Source: Candidatus Magasanikiibacteriota bacterium
GTDB lineage: Bacteria; Patescibacteriota; Patescibacteriia; Magasanikbacterales; UBA922
Assembly (NCBI GenBank): GCA_041665025.1
Contig: JBAYJP010000002.1
Location: forward strand, 691-64,690
Direction of reading: 5' to 3'
DNA length: 64,000 nt
Position numbers and translations under genes: made by a program. Of this stretch, positions 31,451-42,167 are shown one piece after another. The stretch's first letter is position 1. Each line of letters begins with the position of its first letter. Below the pieces are notes generated by a model. It was given only the letters and a program-made list of their open reading frames with translations. It was not told where the DNA came from and did no database searches.

Positions 31451-32380
31451 ATGTCACATCACACTTCCTCCCCCAACAAAGTCGCCATTATTGGTGCTGG
31501 AGCTGTCGGTTCTACTGCCGCGTATGCAGCAACACTCAAAAACGTAGCCGCGGAAATCGTTCTCATTGATATTAATGACACAAAAGAAGAGGGAGAGGTC
31601 ATGGATATTCGAGATGGTATTTGTTTTGTAGAAACAGGATGCATAAAAGGTGCAGATTTCAAAGACGCAAAAGATGCGGACGTCATTGTCGTCACTGCCG
31701 GAGCTCCACAAAAGCCCGGAGAGACACGTCTAGATTTGGTGAAAAAAAATAAAGAGATTCTGTTATCAATTTTCAAAAAAATTGGAAAACTAAAACCAAC
31801 TGCCATTATCCTCATGATCGCAAATCCCGTGGATGTACTTACCTATTTGGCGCAAGAAATCACCGGCCTTCCCCATGCTCAAGTATTTGGCAGTGGAACT
31901 GGACTCGATACCGCGCGGCTCAAAACCGAACTCGGTAAATATTTTAATGTGAGCGCACAAAATATTCACGGCTACGTACTGGGTGAACACGGAGATACTG
32001 AATTTGTAGCGTGGAGCACCGTAACTATAGGGGGCGTGCCTATATCCCAAATTAAACAATTCAACGAACGTACTAAAAAAGAAATGGAACAACGCGTCCG
32101 CACAGAAGCCTATGAGATTATTAATAGAAAAGGTGCAACTTTTTACGGTATAGGACTTGTCATCTCAGAAATGCTCGAGGCCATACTTTACAACCAACAC
32201 AAAATTATGCCGGCATCAGTGCGACTTGAAAATTGGAACGGGGTGAGCAATGTATGTATTGGAGTTCCTGCAGTGATTGGCAGAAATGGGATTGAAAAAA
32301 TATGGCCACTCAAATTACCTTCAGTTGAATTAAAACGATTCAAGAGGTCAGCAGAGACCTTGAAGACTTACTTAAAATAA
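31451..32380 (+). CDS. ldh: L-lactate dehydrogenase (LDH/MDH family)
   Basis: Motifs IIGAGAVGS, TAGAPQKPGETRLDL and GEHGDTEF. Confidence 0.8.
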   Translation: MSHHTSSPNKVAIIGAGAVGSTAAYAATLKNVAAEIVLIDINDTKEEGEVMDIRDGICFVETGCIKGADFKDAKDADVIVVTAGAPQKPGETRLDLVKKNKEILLSIFKKIGKLKPTAIILMIANPVDVLTYLAQEITGLPHAQVFGSGTGLDTARLKTELGKYFNVSAQNIHGYVLGEHGDTEFVAWSTVTIGGVPISQIKQFNERTKKEMEQRVRTEAYEIINRKGATFYGIGLVISEMLEAILYNQHKIMPASVRLENWNGVSNVCIGVPAVIGRNGIEKIWPLKLPSVELKRFKRSAETLKTYLK

Positions 32381-32439
32381 TTAAAATTCACAGCCCTGCC
32401 CTGTACCCTTGTGGTACAGGGTTGACAAATTGGAAAAAG

Positions 32440-32470
32440 TGCGGTACTATAGCCGCACTTTTTATTTACC
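32440..32470 (+). terminator. Terminator after ldh
   Basis: agtgcggtactatagccgcactttttatt. Confidence 0.5.
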
Positions 32471-32606
32471 GCCACGTAAAGCGACTTCGTCGCCACGTGG
32501 CTAGCGTGGGACCCTGCCATCAGGGGTTTGAACCACTAACACGACTATAGAATATACTCTATCTACTTTCATAATTTCGTATATTTCGTAGTTCGTATAT
32601 AATTAT

Positions 32607-33290
32607 ATGGGAAAAAGAATAACTGCCCTCAAGGCACAGGTAGACCCCAAAAAAGTCTACACTCTCGACGAGGCAATCAAGCTCGTCAAAGAAACAAGCA
32701 ACGTAAAATTCGACGCATCTGTCGAAGTACATATACGCGTGGGCATTGATGCAAAAAAGAGTGACCAACAAATCCGTTCAACCGTCGTATTGCCACATGG
32801 CACCGGAAGAACGAAAAAGGTTGCTGCATTTGTCGGACCAAATGATGAGAAGAAAGCGCAAGAAGCGGGTGCAGACTTGGTCTGTGGAGAAGCTGAAATA
32901 AAACAAATTCAAACTTCAGGAAAAGTAAATTTCGACGTTGCAGTTGCAACTCCAGAAATGATGCCTAAACTTGCGATTGCCGCAAAAGTTTTGGGTCCAA
33001 AAGGCCTTATGCCTAACCCAAAGACTGGCACCGTCGGTCCTGATGTAAAAAAACTTATCGAAGAACTCAAAAAAGGAAAAGTAACATTCAAAAATGATGA
33101 CACCGCAAATGTTCATCTCGCGATTGGTAAAGTAAGTTTTGATGAGAAAAAACTTAAAGAAAATTTTGAAACCTATTTGGAAGCACTCAAAAAAGTGAGG
33201 CCAAACGGCGCAAAAGGAACATATATAAAAACAGTGTACTTGACCTCCAGCATGGGACCAAGCGTCCAAGTCGCTGTCTCTGCGGTCTAA
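32607..33290 (+). CDS. rplA: Ribosomal protein L1
   Basis: Typical L1 sequence. Two tandem terminators follow at 33302-33331 and 33340-33368. Confidence 0.9.
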   Translation: MGKRITALKAQVDPKKVYTLDEAIKLVKETSNVKFDASVEVHIRVGIDAKKSDQQIRSTVVLPHGTGRTKKVAAFVGPNDEKKAQEAGADLVCGEAEIKQIQTSGKVNFDVAVATPEMMPKLAIAAKVLGPKGLMPNPKTGTVGPDVKKLIEELKKGKVTFKNDDTANVHLAIGKVSFDEKKLKENFETYLEALKKVRPNGAKGTYIKTVYLTSSMGPSVQVAVSAV

Positions 33291-33399
33291 AAAATTATAT
33301 CAAAAAAGCTCCGTTTAATCGGGGCTTTTTTAATTGTGGAAGACCTTGAACCGCGTGGTCTTTTTTGATACACTTACCTGGTAAAAATTAATAATATAT

Positions 33400-33924
33400 A
33401 TGGAAGCAAACGCACCATCTTCAGCTCAAACAAGACCTTCGTGGGATGAATACTTTTTGAAACTAGCTATGCTTGCATCTGAAAGGGCTACGTGCCCACG
33501 CATGCATTGTGGTTGTGTTTTGGTCAAAGATAAAAACGTGGTAGCTACTGGATATAATGGTTCTATCCCTGGAGACGACCACTGTGAGGATGTTGGATGT
33601 CTAGTGATTAATAACCACTGTGAACGTACTGTCCACGCCGAAATGAATGCCCTAGTCCAAGCTGCCAAGAGAGGACATGCAGTAGAAGGCGCAACTGCTT
33701 ATATTACGAATATGTCTTGTACCAATTGTGCAAAAGCCCTCATTGCCGCGGGTGTGAAAAGAGTTGTGGTATTTTCGGATTTTCATGATACTCTGGCAGT
33801 GGAATTTTTCAATAAGGCCGGCGTCACCATTGATAAATTACCTATGCCGCCCCTGATGATCAACTATGACCTCAAAAATTATTCTTCAGCTAAGCCACTA
33901 GAAACCAAAACTAATGAACCATAA
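33400..33924 (+). CDS. dCMP deaminase (ComEB family)
   Basis: HAEMNAL and CTNCA zinc-ligand motifs. Confidence 0.8.
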   Translation: MEANAPSSAQTRPSWDEYFLKLAMLASERATCPRMHCGCVLVKDKNVVATGYNGSIPGDDHCEDVGCLVINNHCERTVHAEMNALVQAAKRGHAVEGATAYITNMSCTNCAKALIAAGVKRVVVFSDFHDTLAVEFFNKAGVTIDKLPMPPLMINYDLKNYSSAKPLETKTNEP

Positions 33925-33931
33925 ATACTAT

Positions 33932-34483
33932 ATGCCCAAACTTATCCTCGGTTTTGTCGGACAAATGGCTAGTGGTAAAGGAACAGCTGTCAGCTATCTC
34001 AAAGAAAAATATGGTGCGAGCACATACCGTTTTTCTGGTATGCTTACTGACGTTTTGAATCGTCTGTACTTGCCAAATGACCGGGAACATTTACAAAAAC
34101 TTTCTCAATCTTTGCGCGAAACGTTTGGAGAAGAAACACTCGCAAAAGTTATGGCAGAAGATGTAAAAAATGATACAAACAATGTTATTGCGATTGATGG
34201 TATTCGTCGTCCTGGCGATGTAGCACATTTGAAAAATGTCCCTGGCTTTATTCTTGTTCATATTAGCGCAGATATTGAAAAACGTTTTGAACGGCTTAGT
34301 AAACGCGGTGAAAAGACAGATGATCTTTCAAAGACGTTTGAACAGTTCAAGCAAGAACACAATAATGAAGCTGAGATAAAAATTGAGGAAGTGGCGAAAG
34401 ATGCAATCGGGTACATTAACAATAACGGGGGTATTAGTGAACTGTATAAACAACTAGATAAACTGGTTGATAAATTCACCTAA
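33932..34483 (+). CDS. P-loop nucleoside/nucleotide monophosphate kinase-like protein
   Basis: The Walker A motif GQMASGKGT. It lies between the dCMP deaminase and dut. Confidence 0.5.
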   Translation: MPKLILGFVGQMASGKGTAVSYLKEKYGASTYRFSGMLTDVLNRLYLPNDREHLQKLSQSLRETFGEETLAKVMAEDVKNDTNNVIAIDGIRRPGDVAHLKNVPGFILVHISADIEKRFERLSKRGEKTDDLSKTFEQFKQEHNNEAEIKIEEVAKDAIGYINNNGGISELYKQLDKLVDKFT

Positions 34484-34592
34484 TTACCTAATTCACCTAA
34501 TTTCTAATAAAATTCCAAATATCAAAATTAGAAATTGGGCATTAGAAATTTTATTAGGTGAATTAGATATTAGATGAATTAGGTGAATTTAA
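34484..34592. repeat. Palindromic intergenic element of the aattcacctaat...attaggtgaatt family
   Basis: The same architecture occurs at 3135-3232, with a partial copy at 27565-27602. Confidence 0.65.
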
Positions 34593-35044
34593 AGACTATG
34601 TCTTATAATCAAAACCTCACAGTAAGAATAAAGCGCCTTCGCCCAGACGCCAAACTCCCCACCTATGCTCACCCCGGTGATGTAGGCATGGATTTGTATT
34701 CTGTAGAGGATACGTGTGAATTAAAGCCCATGGAACGAAAAGTATTCAATGTAGGCTTTGCCCTTGAATTTGATACCGGTTATGGTGCTATAATAAAAGA
34801 TAAGGGCGGTCCTCCTTTTTACCATGGATTACACACTATGGGGGGTGTTTTTGACGCGGGTTATCGAGGGGAATACAATGTACTCCTCATAAACCTCGGA
34901 CAAGAGCCAACCACTATAGAAAAAGGGCAAAAAATTGCCCAGCTCATTATATACCCCGTGGTTATTGCTGAACTCGCAGAAACACAAGAACTATCAGACA
35001 GTTCGCGGGGAGCAGGAAGACTTGGCAGTACAGGTAAATTCTAA
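34583..35044 (+). CDS. dut: dUTP diphosphatase
   Basis: Motifs AHPGDVGMDLY and the C-terminal RGAGRLGSTG. Confidence 0.85.
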   Translation: MNLKTMSYNQNLTVRIKRLRPDAKLPTYAHPGDVGMDLYSVEDTCELKPMERKVFNVGFALEFDTGYGAIIKDKGGPPFYHGLHTMGGVFDAGYRGEYNVLLINLGQEPTTIEKGQKIAQLIIYPVVIAELAETQELSDSSRGAGRLGSTGKF

Positions 35045-35094
35045 ACTCATACAAAACAAATACAAACGTCTAAATCGACATAACTCCAACATAT

Positions 35095-35529
35095 ATGAAT
35101 AACTATCCTACACTATTTTTATTGACAAATACATCACACGCGCAATGGTATCGTGTCGTTGCAGAAAACAAGATAGAGCTCATAAAAGAATCAGAAGCTG
35201 AGGAATATGAATTATCCGATCACGAAGGTTCATTCCGTTCTCCAAACAAAACAGGAGCCCCTGATGTCATGAGCAAAGTAAAATTGGCTGAAGAAAAAAA
35301 ATTTTTGCAGCAAGTTGCAAATCACACCAAAGAAATTCTTCAGGGAGACACAGAAATGCACGAGATGACATACGCGGCTCCGGAACAACTCAAAAATGAA
35401 CTACATGATATATTGGAACGTGCATGTGGCCTGCGTACCTATCAATATATATCTGGAAATCACGTAGGCGCCTCGAAAGAAAAAATTATGAAGCTTATGA
35501 AACAAAATACCAAGACATCCGACAGATAA
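35095..35529 (+). CDS. Hypothetical protein within the dTMP cluster
   Basis: No recognisable motif. Confidence 0.4.
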   Translation: MNNYPTLFLLTNTSHAQWYRVVAENKIELIKESEAEEYELSDHEGSFRSPNKTGAPDVMSKVKLAEEKKFLQQVANHTKEILQGDTEMHEMTYAAPEQLKNELHDILERACGLRTYQYISGNHVGASKEKIMKLMKQNTKTSDR

Positions 35530-35530
35530 T

Positions 35531-36403
35531 ATGCAATCCTACCTCAACATTGTAAAAAAAATTCTTGAACACGGCACAAAAAAAGAAGACCGCACGGGCA
35601 CTGGCACCATTTCTGTTGCCGGTGTTTTGTTTGAACATGACATGAGTACGGGGTACCCCCTGCTTACCACCAAGAAAATGCCTTTCAAAGTTATGGCTAC
35701 TGAGCTTGAGTTTTTTATTAAGGGAATTACGGACAAACAGTGGCTTTTGGATAGAAACTGTCATATATGGGATGAGTGGGCAAATCCTATGAAAGCTCCG
35801 TATGGCCATGATGAAGAAAGCAAAAAGCGCATGGCAGAAGAACGAGATTTGGGACCAGTATATGGTTTTCAGTGGAGACATTTTAATGCACAATATCTCG
35901 GACTGGACGCAGACTATTCAGATCAAGGTGTGGATCAATTAAAATATGTAGTTGATACACTCAAAACCAATCCCAGCGACCGGCGGATGCTCATTGTCGC
36001 CTGGAATCCAACGATGAAAGACCAGATGGCACTTCCTCCATGCCATTACGCATTCCAAGTAACTGTTACGGGAAATAAATTGAATCTCATGTGGAACCAA
36101 CGATCAGTAGATGTTATGCTTGGACTGCCATTTAATATTTCAAGTTACGCATTGTTATTGCATTTACTGGCAAAAGAAGCAGGACTAGAAGAAGGCAGAC
36201 TCGTTGGTTTCCTTGGTGACACCCACATTTATCTGAATCATATTGAAGGTGCAAAAGAACAGTTATCACGAGATCCAGGCATACATCCATTGCCAAAAAT
36301 TGAAACTAACAATTTTACGAATATTTTTGATTGGCAATCCACAGATACCACTCTTATTGGATATGAAAGTTATCCGAGGATAAAATTTGATATAGCTGTT
36401 TAG
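35531..36403 (+). CDS. thyA: Thymidylate synthase (ThyA)
   Basis: Motifs DRTGTGT and PPCHYAFQ. Confidence 0.95.
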   Translation: MQSYLNIVKKILEHGTKKEDRTGTGTISVAGVLFEHDMSTGYPLLTTKKMPFKVMATELEFFIKGITDKQWLLDRNCHIWDEWANPMKAPYGHDEESKKRMAEERDLGPVYGFQWRHFNAQYLGLDADYSDQGVDQLKYVVDTLKTNPSDRRMLIVAWNPTMKDQMALPPCHYAFQVTVTGNKLNLMWNQRSVDVMLGLPFNISSYALLLHLLAKEAGLEEGRLVGFLGDTHIYLNHIEGAKEQLSRDPGIHPLPKIETNNFTNIFDWQSTDTTLIGYESYPRIKFDIAV

Positions 36404-36467
36404 ACAAGTTCAGAGTTCGGAGTTCACAGGAACTCTTCTCCGAACTACGAACTGTAAACTCCGAACT

Positions 36468-36941
36468 ATGTTTTCATTAATCGCCGCTATCTCCCAAAAC
36501 AATTGCATCGGCAAAGACAACAAAATTCCCTGGAACATCCCGGAAGATTTTCAGTATTTCAAAAAAATGACCTTAGGAAAAACCTGTCTTATGGGACAAA
36601 AAACGTTTGAATCAATTTTGGAATACTTAAAAAAACCATTACCAGAAAGAAAAAATGTGGTTATCACGAAAAATACTGAATACAAAGCACCAGAGGGAGT
36701 TGAAGTACTTCACTCCATCGATGACGCATTTGCCACATTAAAAGATGAAGATGTGTTTGTCTGTGGCGGTGCAAGTATTTATGCCCAAACAATTGATCGC
36801 GTGGATACGCTCTACATCACCCATGTTCATCAGGTTGTAGATGGAGATACTTTTTTCCCGGAGATTAAGAAAGATACGTGGGAGGAAACGTGGAGAGAAG
36901 ATCATGAAGGATTTTCATTTGTTAAGTACAAACGAATTTAA
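36468..36941 (+). CDS. folA: Dihydrofolate reductase
   Basis: IAAISQNNCIGKDNKIPW. Confidence 0.9.
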   Translation: MFSLIAAISQNNCIGKDNKIPWNIPEDFQYFKKMTLGKTCLMGQKTFESILEYLKKPLPERKNVVITKNTEYKAPEGVEVLHSIDDAFATLKDEDVFVCGGASIYAQTIDRVDTLYITHVHQVVDGDTFFPEIKKDTWEETWREDHEGFSFVKYKRI

Positions 36942-36966
36942 AATTTCGAATTTCGAAATTAAAACT

Positions 36967-37650
36967 ATGAATAAAGGTCTCTTTATCATGCTCGAGGGCA
37001 CCGACGGTTCTGGCAAAAGCACACAGACCAATCTTTTGGTTGAACGACTGAAACAAGAAAGACAGCAGGTTGAACAAATTAGTTTCCCCCAATACGGCAA
37101 ACCGAGTGCCGCGCTTGTTGAAGATTATCTAAATGGAAAATTTGGAAGCGCCGAGGAGGTAGGACCTTATCGTGCCTCTATCCTCTATGCAGTGGATCGC
37201 TTTGCCGCATCAGAGCAAATCAAAAAATGGCTGTCGGAAAACAAAATTGTCATCGCAAATAGATATGTAGCCTCAAACATGGGTCATCAGGGCGGAAAAA
37301 TAAAAAATCCTGCTGAACGCCAAAAATACTTTGATTGGAATTACGATTTGGAGTATACTATACTCGGTATTCCAAAACCTGAAGTCAACATCATTTTGCA
37401 TGTTACGCCCGATATATCTCAGCAACTAGTAGACAAGAAAGGCGACCGAGAATACTTAAAAGGCAAAAAACGCGATATTCATGAAGATGATCTACACCAT
37501 TTAGCTGATGCGGAGCAAGCGTATCTCGACATTGCAAAGCATTATCCTGAATTTACACTCATTGAATGCGTACAAAATAACAACATGCTTCCTCCAGATA
37601 TAATTCATAAAAAAATCTGGTCGGAAATAAAAAAGCATCTTAATTCATAA
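36967..37650 (+). CDS. tmk: Thymidylate kinase
   Basis: The start was trimmed to MNKGLFIMLEGTDGSGKST, which carries the P-loop. Confidence 0.9.
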   Translation: MNKGLFIMLEGTDGSGKSTQTNLLVERLKQERQQVEQISFPQYGKPSAALVEDYLNGKFGSAEEVGPYRASILYAVDRFAASEQIKKWLSENKIVIANRYVASNMGHQGGKIKNPAERQKYFDWNYDLEYTILGIPKPEVNIILHVTPDISQQLVDKKGDREYLKGKKRDIHEDDLHHLADAEQAYLDIAKHYPEFTLIECVQNNNMLPPDIIHKKIWSEIKKHLNS

Positions 37651-37662
37651 TGTACATAACCT

Positions 37663-38457
37663 ATGTTGCTATCTGCCGGTGATGTTATTTCACGAAGCGT
37701 GAAGCTTTGTCGAGACAACATGAACCTTTTCCTGAAATACTCAGGACTTATACTCGTGCCAACACTCCTCGTAACGCTTGCGGGGTATACGGTTGGAATT
37801 ACTATGGTTGCATCCCAAAGCTTTGCTATGGGACTTGGACTATATCTTATTCTCGTTATCGCCCTTGCGTTATTTGGTTTTATGGTAGGTATAGCGCTCA
37901 TGAAAGCAGTTGCTATGCGCTATGAGGGACAAACTGCAATGCCTTTGGGAGAAGCATTGAAAAACAGCATGAAATATATTCTCCCCGGAATTTTGGTGGC
38001 TATTTTGACGGGGCTTGCCACACTCGGTGGCTTCCTCCTTCTCATTATTCCTGGTATTATTTTTGGTATTTGGTTTGCATTTTCTTTTCAAGCTCTGGTA
38101 ATTGATGACAAACATGGCACAGACGCTCTCAAGACAAGCAAACATCTGGTACATGCAAGATGGTTTGGCGTATTTTGGAGACTATTTCTTCCTGCCCTTG
38201 TATTTGGACTGCTCTACATGGCACTCCAATGGATACTACAGCTCATCCTCGGCGTTCGAAGTGAAGCGGTAATAGACTCGACTGCTTCATTCACGGTGCG
38301 AATGGTTATGTATACTATTTTGACATCAATATTAAGCGCCTTACTTACACCATTCACCACAGCAGCGTCAACAATCCTCTATATTGAACTGAAAAAAAAT
38401 CCGGTTCAAATCGGCATGCCAACAGAGACAAAAGTGGAAGAACCACCAAAAGAATAA
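37663..38457 (+). CDS. Polytopic membrane protein, hypothetical
   Basis: About 6 TM helices. A terminator follows at 38471-38498. Confidence 0.45.
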   Translation: MLLSAGDVISRSVKLCRDNMNLFLKYSGLILVPTLLVTLAGYTVGITMVASQSFAMGLGLYLILVIALALFGFMVGIALMKAVAMRYEGQTAMPLGEALKNSMKYILPGILVAILTGLATLGGFLLLIIPGIIFGIWFAFSFQALVIDDKHGTDALKTSKHLVHARWFGVFWRLFLPALVFGLLYMALQWILQLILGVRSEAVIDSTASFTVRMVMYTILTSILSALLTPFTTAASTILYIELKKNPVQIGMPTETKVEEPPKE

Positions 38458-38625
38458 GTATTGCAGAACAAAAAGGCCCTCGAGAGAGGGTCTTTTAATT
38501 TAGCTAGGTTAGTGGTAAAATCAAACTATATTTTAATGTACGAAATACGAAAACTGCGAAAGGTACGAAAAAAATGTATTTCGAATATTTCGTAGTTTTC
38601 GTATTTCGTACATAATCATCAACCT

Positions 38626-40167
38626 ATGAGTAAAAACTATACGACTATAATTGGTATGGAAGTCCACGTCGAACTCAAGACCAAGAGTAAGATGTTTTGC
38701 AGTTGTAAAAATGACCCTGACTTCAAAGAAGCCAATACAAACATTTGCCCTGTTTGTCTTGCTCATCCAGGAACTCTACCCGTGCCAAACAAAACGGCTA
38801 TTGAATGGACCGTAAAAATTGGCAAAGCCCTCAATTCCTCTATTCGCGAACTATCCAAGTTTGACCGAAAACACTATTTTTATCCTGACTTGCCAAAGGG
38901 ATACCAAATATCACAGTATGATGAACCCATTGCAGAGCATGGTTTTATTGAACTTGATATGCGACTAGAAGACAACGTTCGTGAAACGGCAAAAATCGGC
39001 ATCACGCGTGTACACCTGGAAGAAGATACTGCAAAGTTGTTACACGACACTTCTGGAAACACACTCGTAGATTTCAACCGTGCGGGTACTCCCCTGGTAG
39101 AAATTGTGACAGACCCGGATTTCAAATCTGCCAAAGAAGCAAAAACATATTGCCAGGAGTTGCAAATGATTTTTCGCGCGCTTGGAGTAAGTGACGCAGA
39201 AATGGAAAAAGGACACATGCGCTGTGAAGCAAATATTTCTCTTCAGGAAGCAGGTCAATTTGAAATTGTGAATGGTGTTGTCAAACCTTTGGGTAATTAC
39301 CAATTAAACCCAAAAGTTGAAATAAAAAATATCAACTCATTTAGAGCGGTTGAAAAAGCGCTTGAATTTGAAACCAAACGCCAAACAGAAATGCTTAGAA
39401 AAGGCGAAATCTGGACCCAGCAAACACGCGGATGGGATGAAGACAAAGGAGAGACCATATTACAGCGTGAAAAAGAAAGTTCAGCAGATTATCGCTATTT
39501 TCCTGAACCAGACATTCCCCCATTTCATCCTCTCAAAATTGCAGGCGATACCCACATTTCTGAATTACCCCAAGCAAAACGCGCGCGCTTTCATGAAGAA
39601 TATGGTTTGTCGTATGCAGACGCATACATGCTTACGCAAGATAATGATTGGGCGAACTTTACCGAAGAAACCATGAGCGAACTTATGGAATGGATAGATT
39701 CATTACCTGAAAGCAAAAATAAAGCTGAAAATGTACCAGAAAAGGTTGTGAGACTTGCGGGTGGATGGATCACAAGCAAACTTGCCGGCGTGCTTAATGA
39801 AAAACAGATGAATATTGCCGATATTAAATTTACTCCGGAAAATTTTGCTGAACTTATTGCGCTTATTTACACCAATCGAGTCAACTCAACCAACGCACAA
39901 AAAATTCTTCTTATCATGGCGGGCAGTGACAAAAACCAAGACCCTACACATATTATGGAAGATAAGGGCTGGGGCCAGGTATCTGACGAAGGAAAACTCG
40001 GTGAAATTATCGAGCAAGTTATACAAGAATATCCCGCGCAAGTAGAACAATTTAAGGCTGGAAAAGAACCGATTCTTAAATTTCTCATTGGCATGGCCAT
40101 GAAAGCAACCGAAGGCAGCGCGGATCCAAAAGTGGTGGAGAAGATGTTGAGGGAAAAAATGGTTTGA
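38626..40167 (+). CDS. gatB: Asp-tRNA(Asn)/Glu-tRNA(Gln) amidotransferase subunit B
   Basis: Motifs IIGMEVHVEL and HYFYPDLPKGYQISQ. Confidence 0.9.
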   Translation: MSKNYTTIIGMEVHVELKTKSKMFCSCKNDPDFKEANTNICPVCLAHPGTLPVPNKTAIEWTVKIGKALNSSIRELSKFDRKHYFYPDLPKGYQISQYDEPIAEHGFIELDMRLEDNVRETAKIGITRVHLEEDTAKLLHDTSGNTLVDFNRAGTPLVEIVTDPDFKSAKEAKTYCQELQMIFRALGVSDAEMEKGHMRCEANISLQEAGQFEIVNGVVKPLGNYQLNPKVEIKNINSFRAVEKALEFETKRQTEMLRKGEIWTQQTRGWDEDKGETILQREKESSADYRYFPEPDIPPFHPLKIAGDTHISELPQAKRARFHEEYGLSYADAYMLTQDNDWANFTEETMSELMEWIDSLPESKNKAENVPEKVVRLAGGWITSKLAGVLNEKQMNIADIKFTPENFAELIALIYTNRVNSTNAQKILLIMAGSDKNQDPTHIMEDKGWGQVSDEGKLGEIIEQVIQEYPAQVEQFKAGKEPILKFLIGMAMKATEGSADPKVVEKMLREKMV

Positions 40168-40249
40168 TAATGTAATTTTTAGGTATATTATGCAAGAGAA
40201 TTCCACATAACTGATAGCTAAGCAAAATGCATGTTTTTAAAATTGATAT

Positions 40250-40870
40250 ATGGAAGAAAATGCAACTAAAGAAGTATTGGATTATTTTAGAACTAACATA
40301 TTTGAGGCTTTTTCCGCATACAACGCATGGAAAATAATCTTTCTTTCTAAATCTGAGACAGTAGTTCCGAAAGAAATGGCTGAAAAATATGTAGAGGTAC
40401 AAAACTATCACAAAGATTTCTTTATCACAACCGAAAGAGCATTACTAACAAACTTTGTACTATTATCTCTACATTCTTTTGACAAAAGAGATGATTCGTT
40501 TTCATTGTATAAGGTTGATGAGCCTGCAACAGAGAAATTTATTAGTGATAACAAAGAAACAATTGAACAACTCATAAAACTTCGTCATAAACTTTTTGCA
40601 CATAGAGATCATAAGTTAAAAATTACTGAATTTCAGATACCCTCTGTTGAGAAACTTGATACCTATTTCAAAAATTTAATCGACTTTTATAATAAAAAAA
40701 CTCAATCACTCCTTTCTTCTACAACACTATTTACCAACGCAGTGGAGATAAAAAGAGATGTTGAATCACTATTACAAAATTTGTATAGAGGTGAAAAAAT
40801 TAGAAAATTAGCAATAAGTATTGAGTGGGAATGGGAGAAAAACCTAAAAAAGGCCTGCGACGTGATTTAA
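40250..40870 (+). CDS. Hypothetical protein with a possible HEPN-like Rx5H motif, in an AT-rich segment
   Basis: The motif LRHKLFAHRD reads as R-x5-H. This is my own reading, not a database result. Confidence 0.35.
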   Translation: MEENATKEVLDYFRTNIFEAFSAYNAWKIIFLSKSETVVPKEMAEKYVEVQNYHKDFFITTERALLTNFVLLSLHSFDKRDDSFSLYKVDEPATEKFISDNKETIEQLIKLRHKLFAHRDHKLKITEFQIPSVEKLDTYFKNLIDFYNKKTQSLLSSTTLFTNAVEIKRDVESLLQNLYRGEKIRKLAISIEWEWEKNLKKACDVI

Positions 40871-40915
40871 AAAAACATGCACATTGCTTAACAGCGCATA
40901 TATCACATTAAAAAG

Positions 40916-41206
40916 ATGACATATGCGCGAACGTTAGCTGAAATAAAATCAACTATGTCCACGCTAGATCAACAAATCAAAGAAATCCAAGATCGCAACA
41001 AACGCGTTGAGGCAGACAAAGCATGGGAGACAAGTTGGACGCGAAGAATTATTATTCTTCTGCTCACCTATTGTGTCATCGTCAGTTTTTTTCTTATCAC
41101 AAGACTTCCCGATCCATTTTTGAATGCACTTGTACCAGTACTTGCGTTTGCTATTTCGACAATGACGGTTGGTGTGGTAAAAAGTGTGTGGATGAAGAAT
41201 AAATAA
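40916..41206 (+). CDS. Small protein with an N-terminal coiled coil and two C-terminal TM helices, hypothetical
   Basis: A terminator follows at 41215-41247. Confidence 0.45.
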   Translation: MTYARTLAEIKSTMSTLDQQIKEIQDRNKRVEADKAWETSWTRRIIILLLTYCVIVSFFLITRLPDPFLNALVPVLAFAISTMTVGVVKSVWMKNK

Positions 41207-41306
41207 GGACAACACCTCTCCCCCTCTCTACTATAGAGAGGTTTTTTATCTCTTGCACTAAACCAAAAACTGCGATATGATGTGCTCTATTACCTAACAC
41301 ATTTTT

Positions 41307-42167
41307 ATGGAACAAAATACCTTTGAACTCAAATCTGGTCTTGCCCAAATGCTTAAAGGCGGGGTTATTATGGACGTCATGACCGCCGAGCAAGCCAAAA
41401 TTGCCGAAGCCGCCGGGGCTGTGGCAGTCATGGCATTGGAACGCATCCCATCCATTATCCGTCGCGATGGAGGCGTTGCCCGCATGTCTGATCCAGAACT
41501 TATTATACAAATAAAAAATTCAGTAACTATCCCGGTCATGGCAAAAGTGCGCATTGGACACTTTGTCGAGGCTCAAATTCTTGAAGCCCTTGATATTGAT
41601 TTTATAGATGAATCCGAAGTTTTGACGCCTGCTGATGAAGAATTCCATATTGAAAAAAACAAATTTAGATTGCCATTTGTATGTGGATGTAGAAATCTTG
41701 GCGAAGCTGTTCGCAGAATTTCCGAAGGTGCGGCAATGATTCGTACCAAAGGTGAAGCGGGAACTGGAAATGTGGTCGAGGCAGTGCGACATTTACGATT
41801 AATTCAACGAGAAATTAATGCTCTCACATTAGAAAATATCTCTGAAAAGGCAAAAGAATATCGCGTATCAGAAGATGTAGTAAAAAATATTTTTGAACAC
41901 AAACGGCTCCCCGTGGTTATGTTTGTCGCAGGAGGTCTTGCTACTCCGGCTGATGCAGCCATGATGATGCAAATGGGAGCAGAAGGTGTGTTTGTTGGAT
42001 CAGGTATTTTTGCGTCAGAAAATCCGGAAAAAATGGCGCGCGCGATTGTAAAAGCTACGATGAATTATGATAAACCAGAAATTCTTGCAGAAGTTTCACG
42101 GGGGTTGGGTGGAACGATGAAGAGTTTGGAAATTGATAAATTGGAAACGAAATTTGCAAATAGATAA
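41307..42167 (+). CDS. pdxS: Pyridoxal 5'-phosphate synthase lyase subunit PdxS
   Basis: LKGGVIMDV...AVMALERIP. Confidence 0.95.
   Translation: MEQNTFELKSGLAQMLKGGVIMDVMTAEQAKIAEAAGAVAVMALERIPSIIRRDGGVARMSDPELIIQIKNSVTIPVMAKVRIGHFVEAQILEALDIDFIDESEVLTPADEEFHIEKNKFRLPFVCGCRNLGEAVRRISEGAAMIRTKGEAGTGNVVEAVRHLRLIQREINALTLENISEKAKEYRVSEDVVKNIFEHKRLPVVMFVAGGLATPADAAMMMQMGAEGVFVGSGIFASENPEKMARAIVKATMNYDKPEILAEVSRGLGGTMKSLEIDKLETKFANR

Noticed and set aside
32470-32550. A possible tRNA-like T-arm (caggggtttgaacc) or structured RNA upstream of rplA
   Set aside because: I could not fold a convincing cloverleaf on either strand. It may be an L1-binding leader or processing structure, but the evidence is insufficient.
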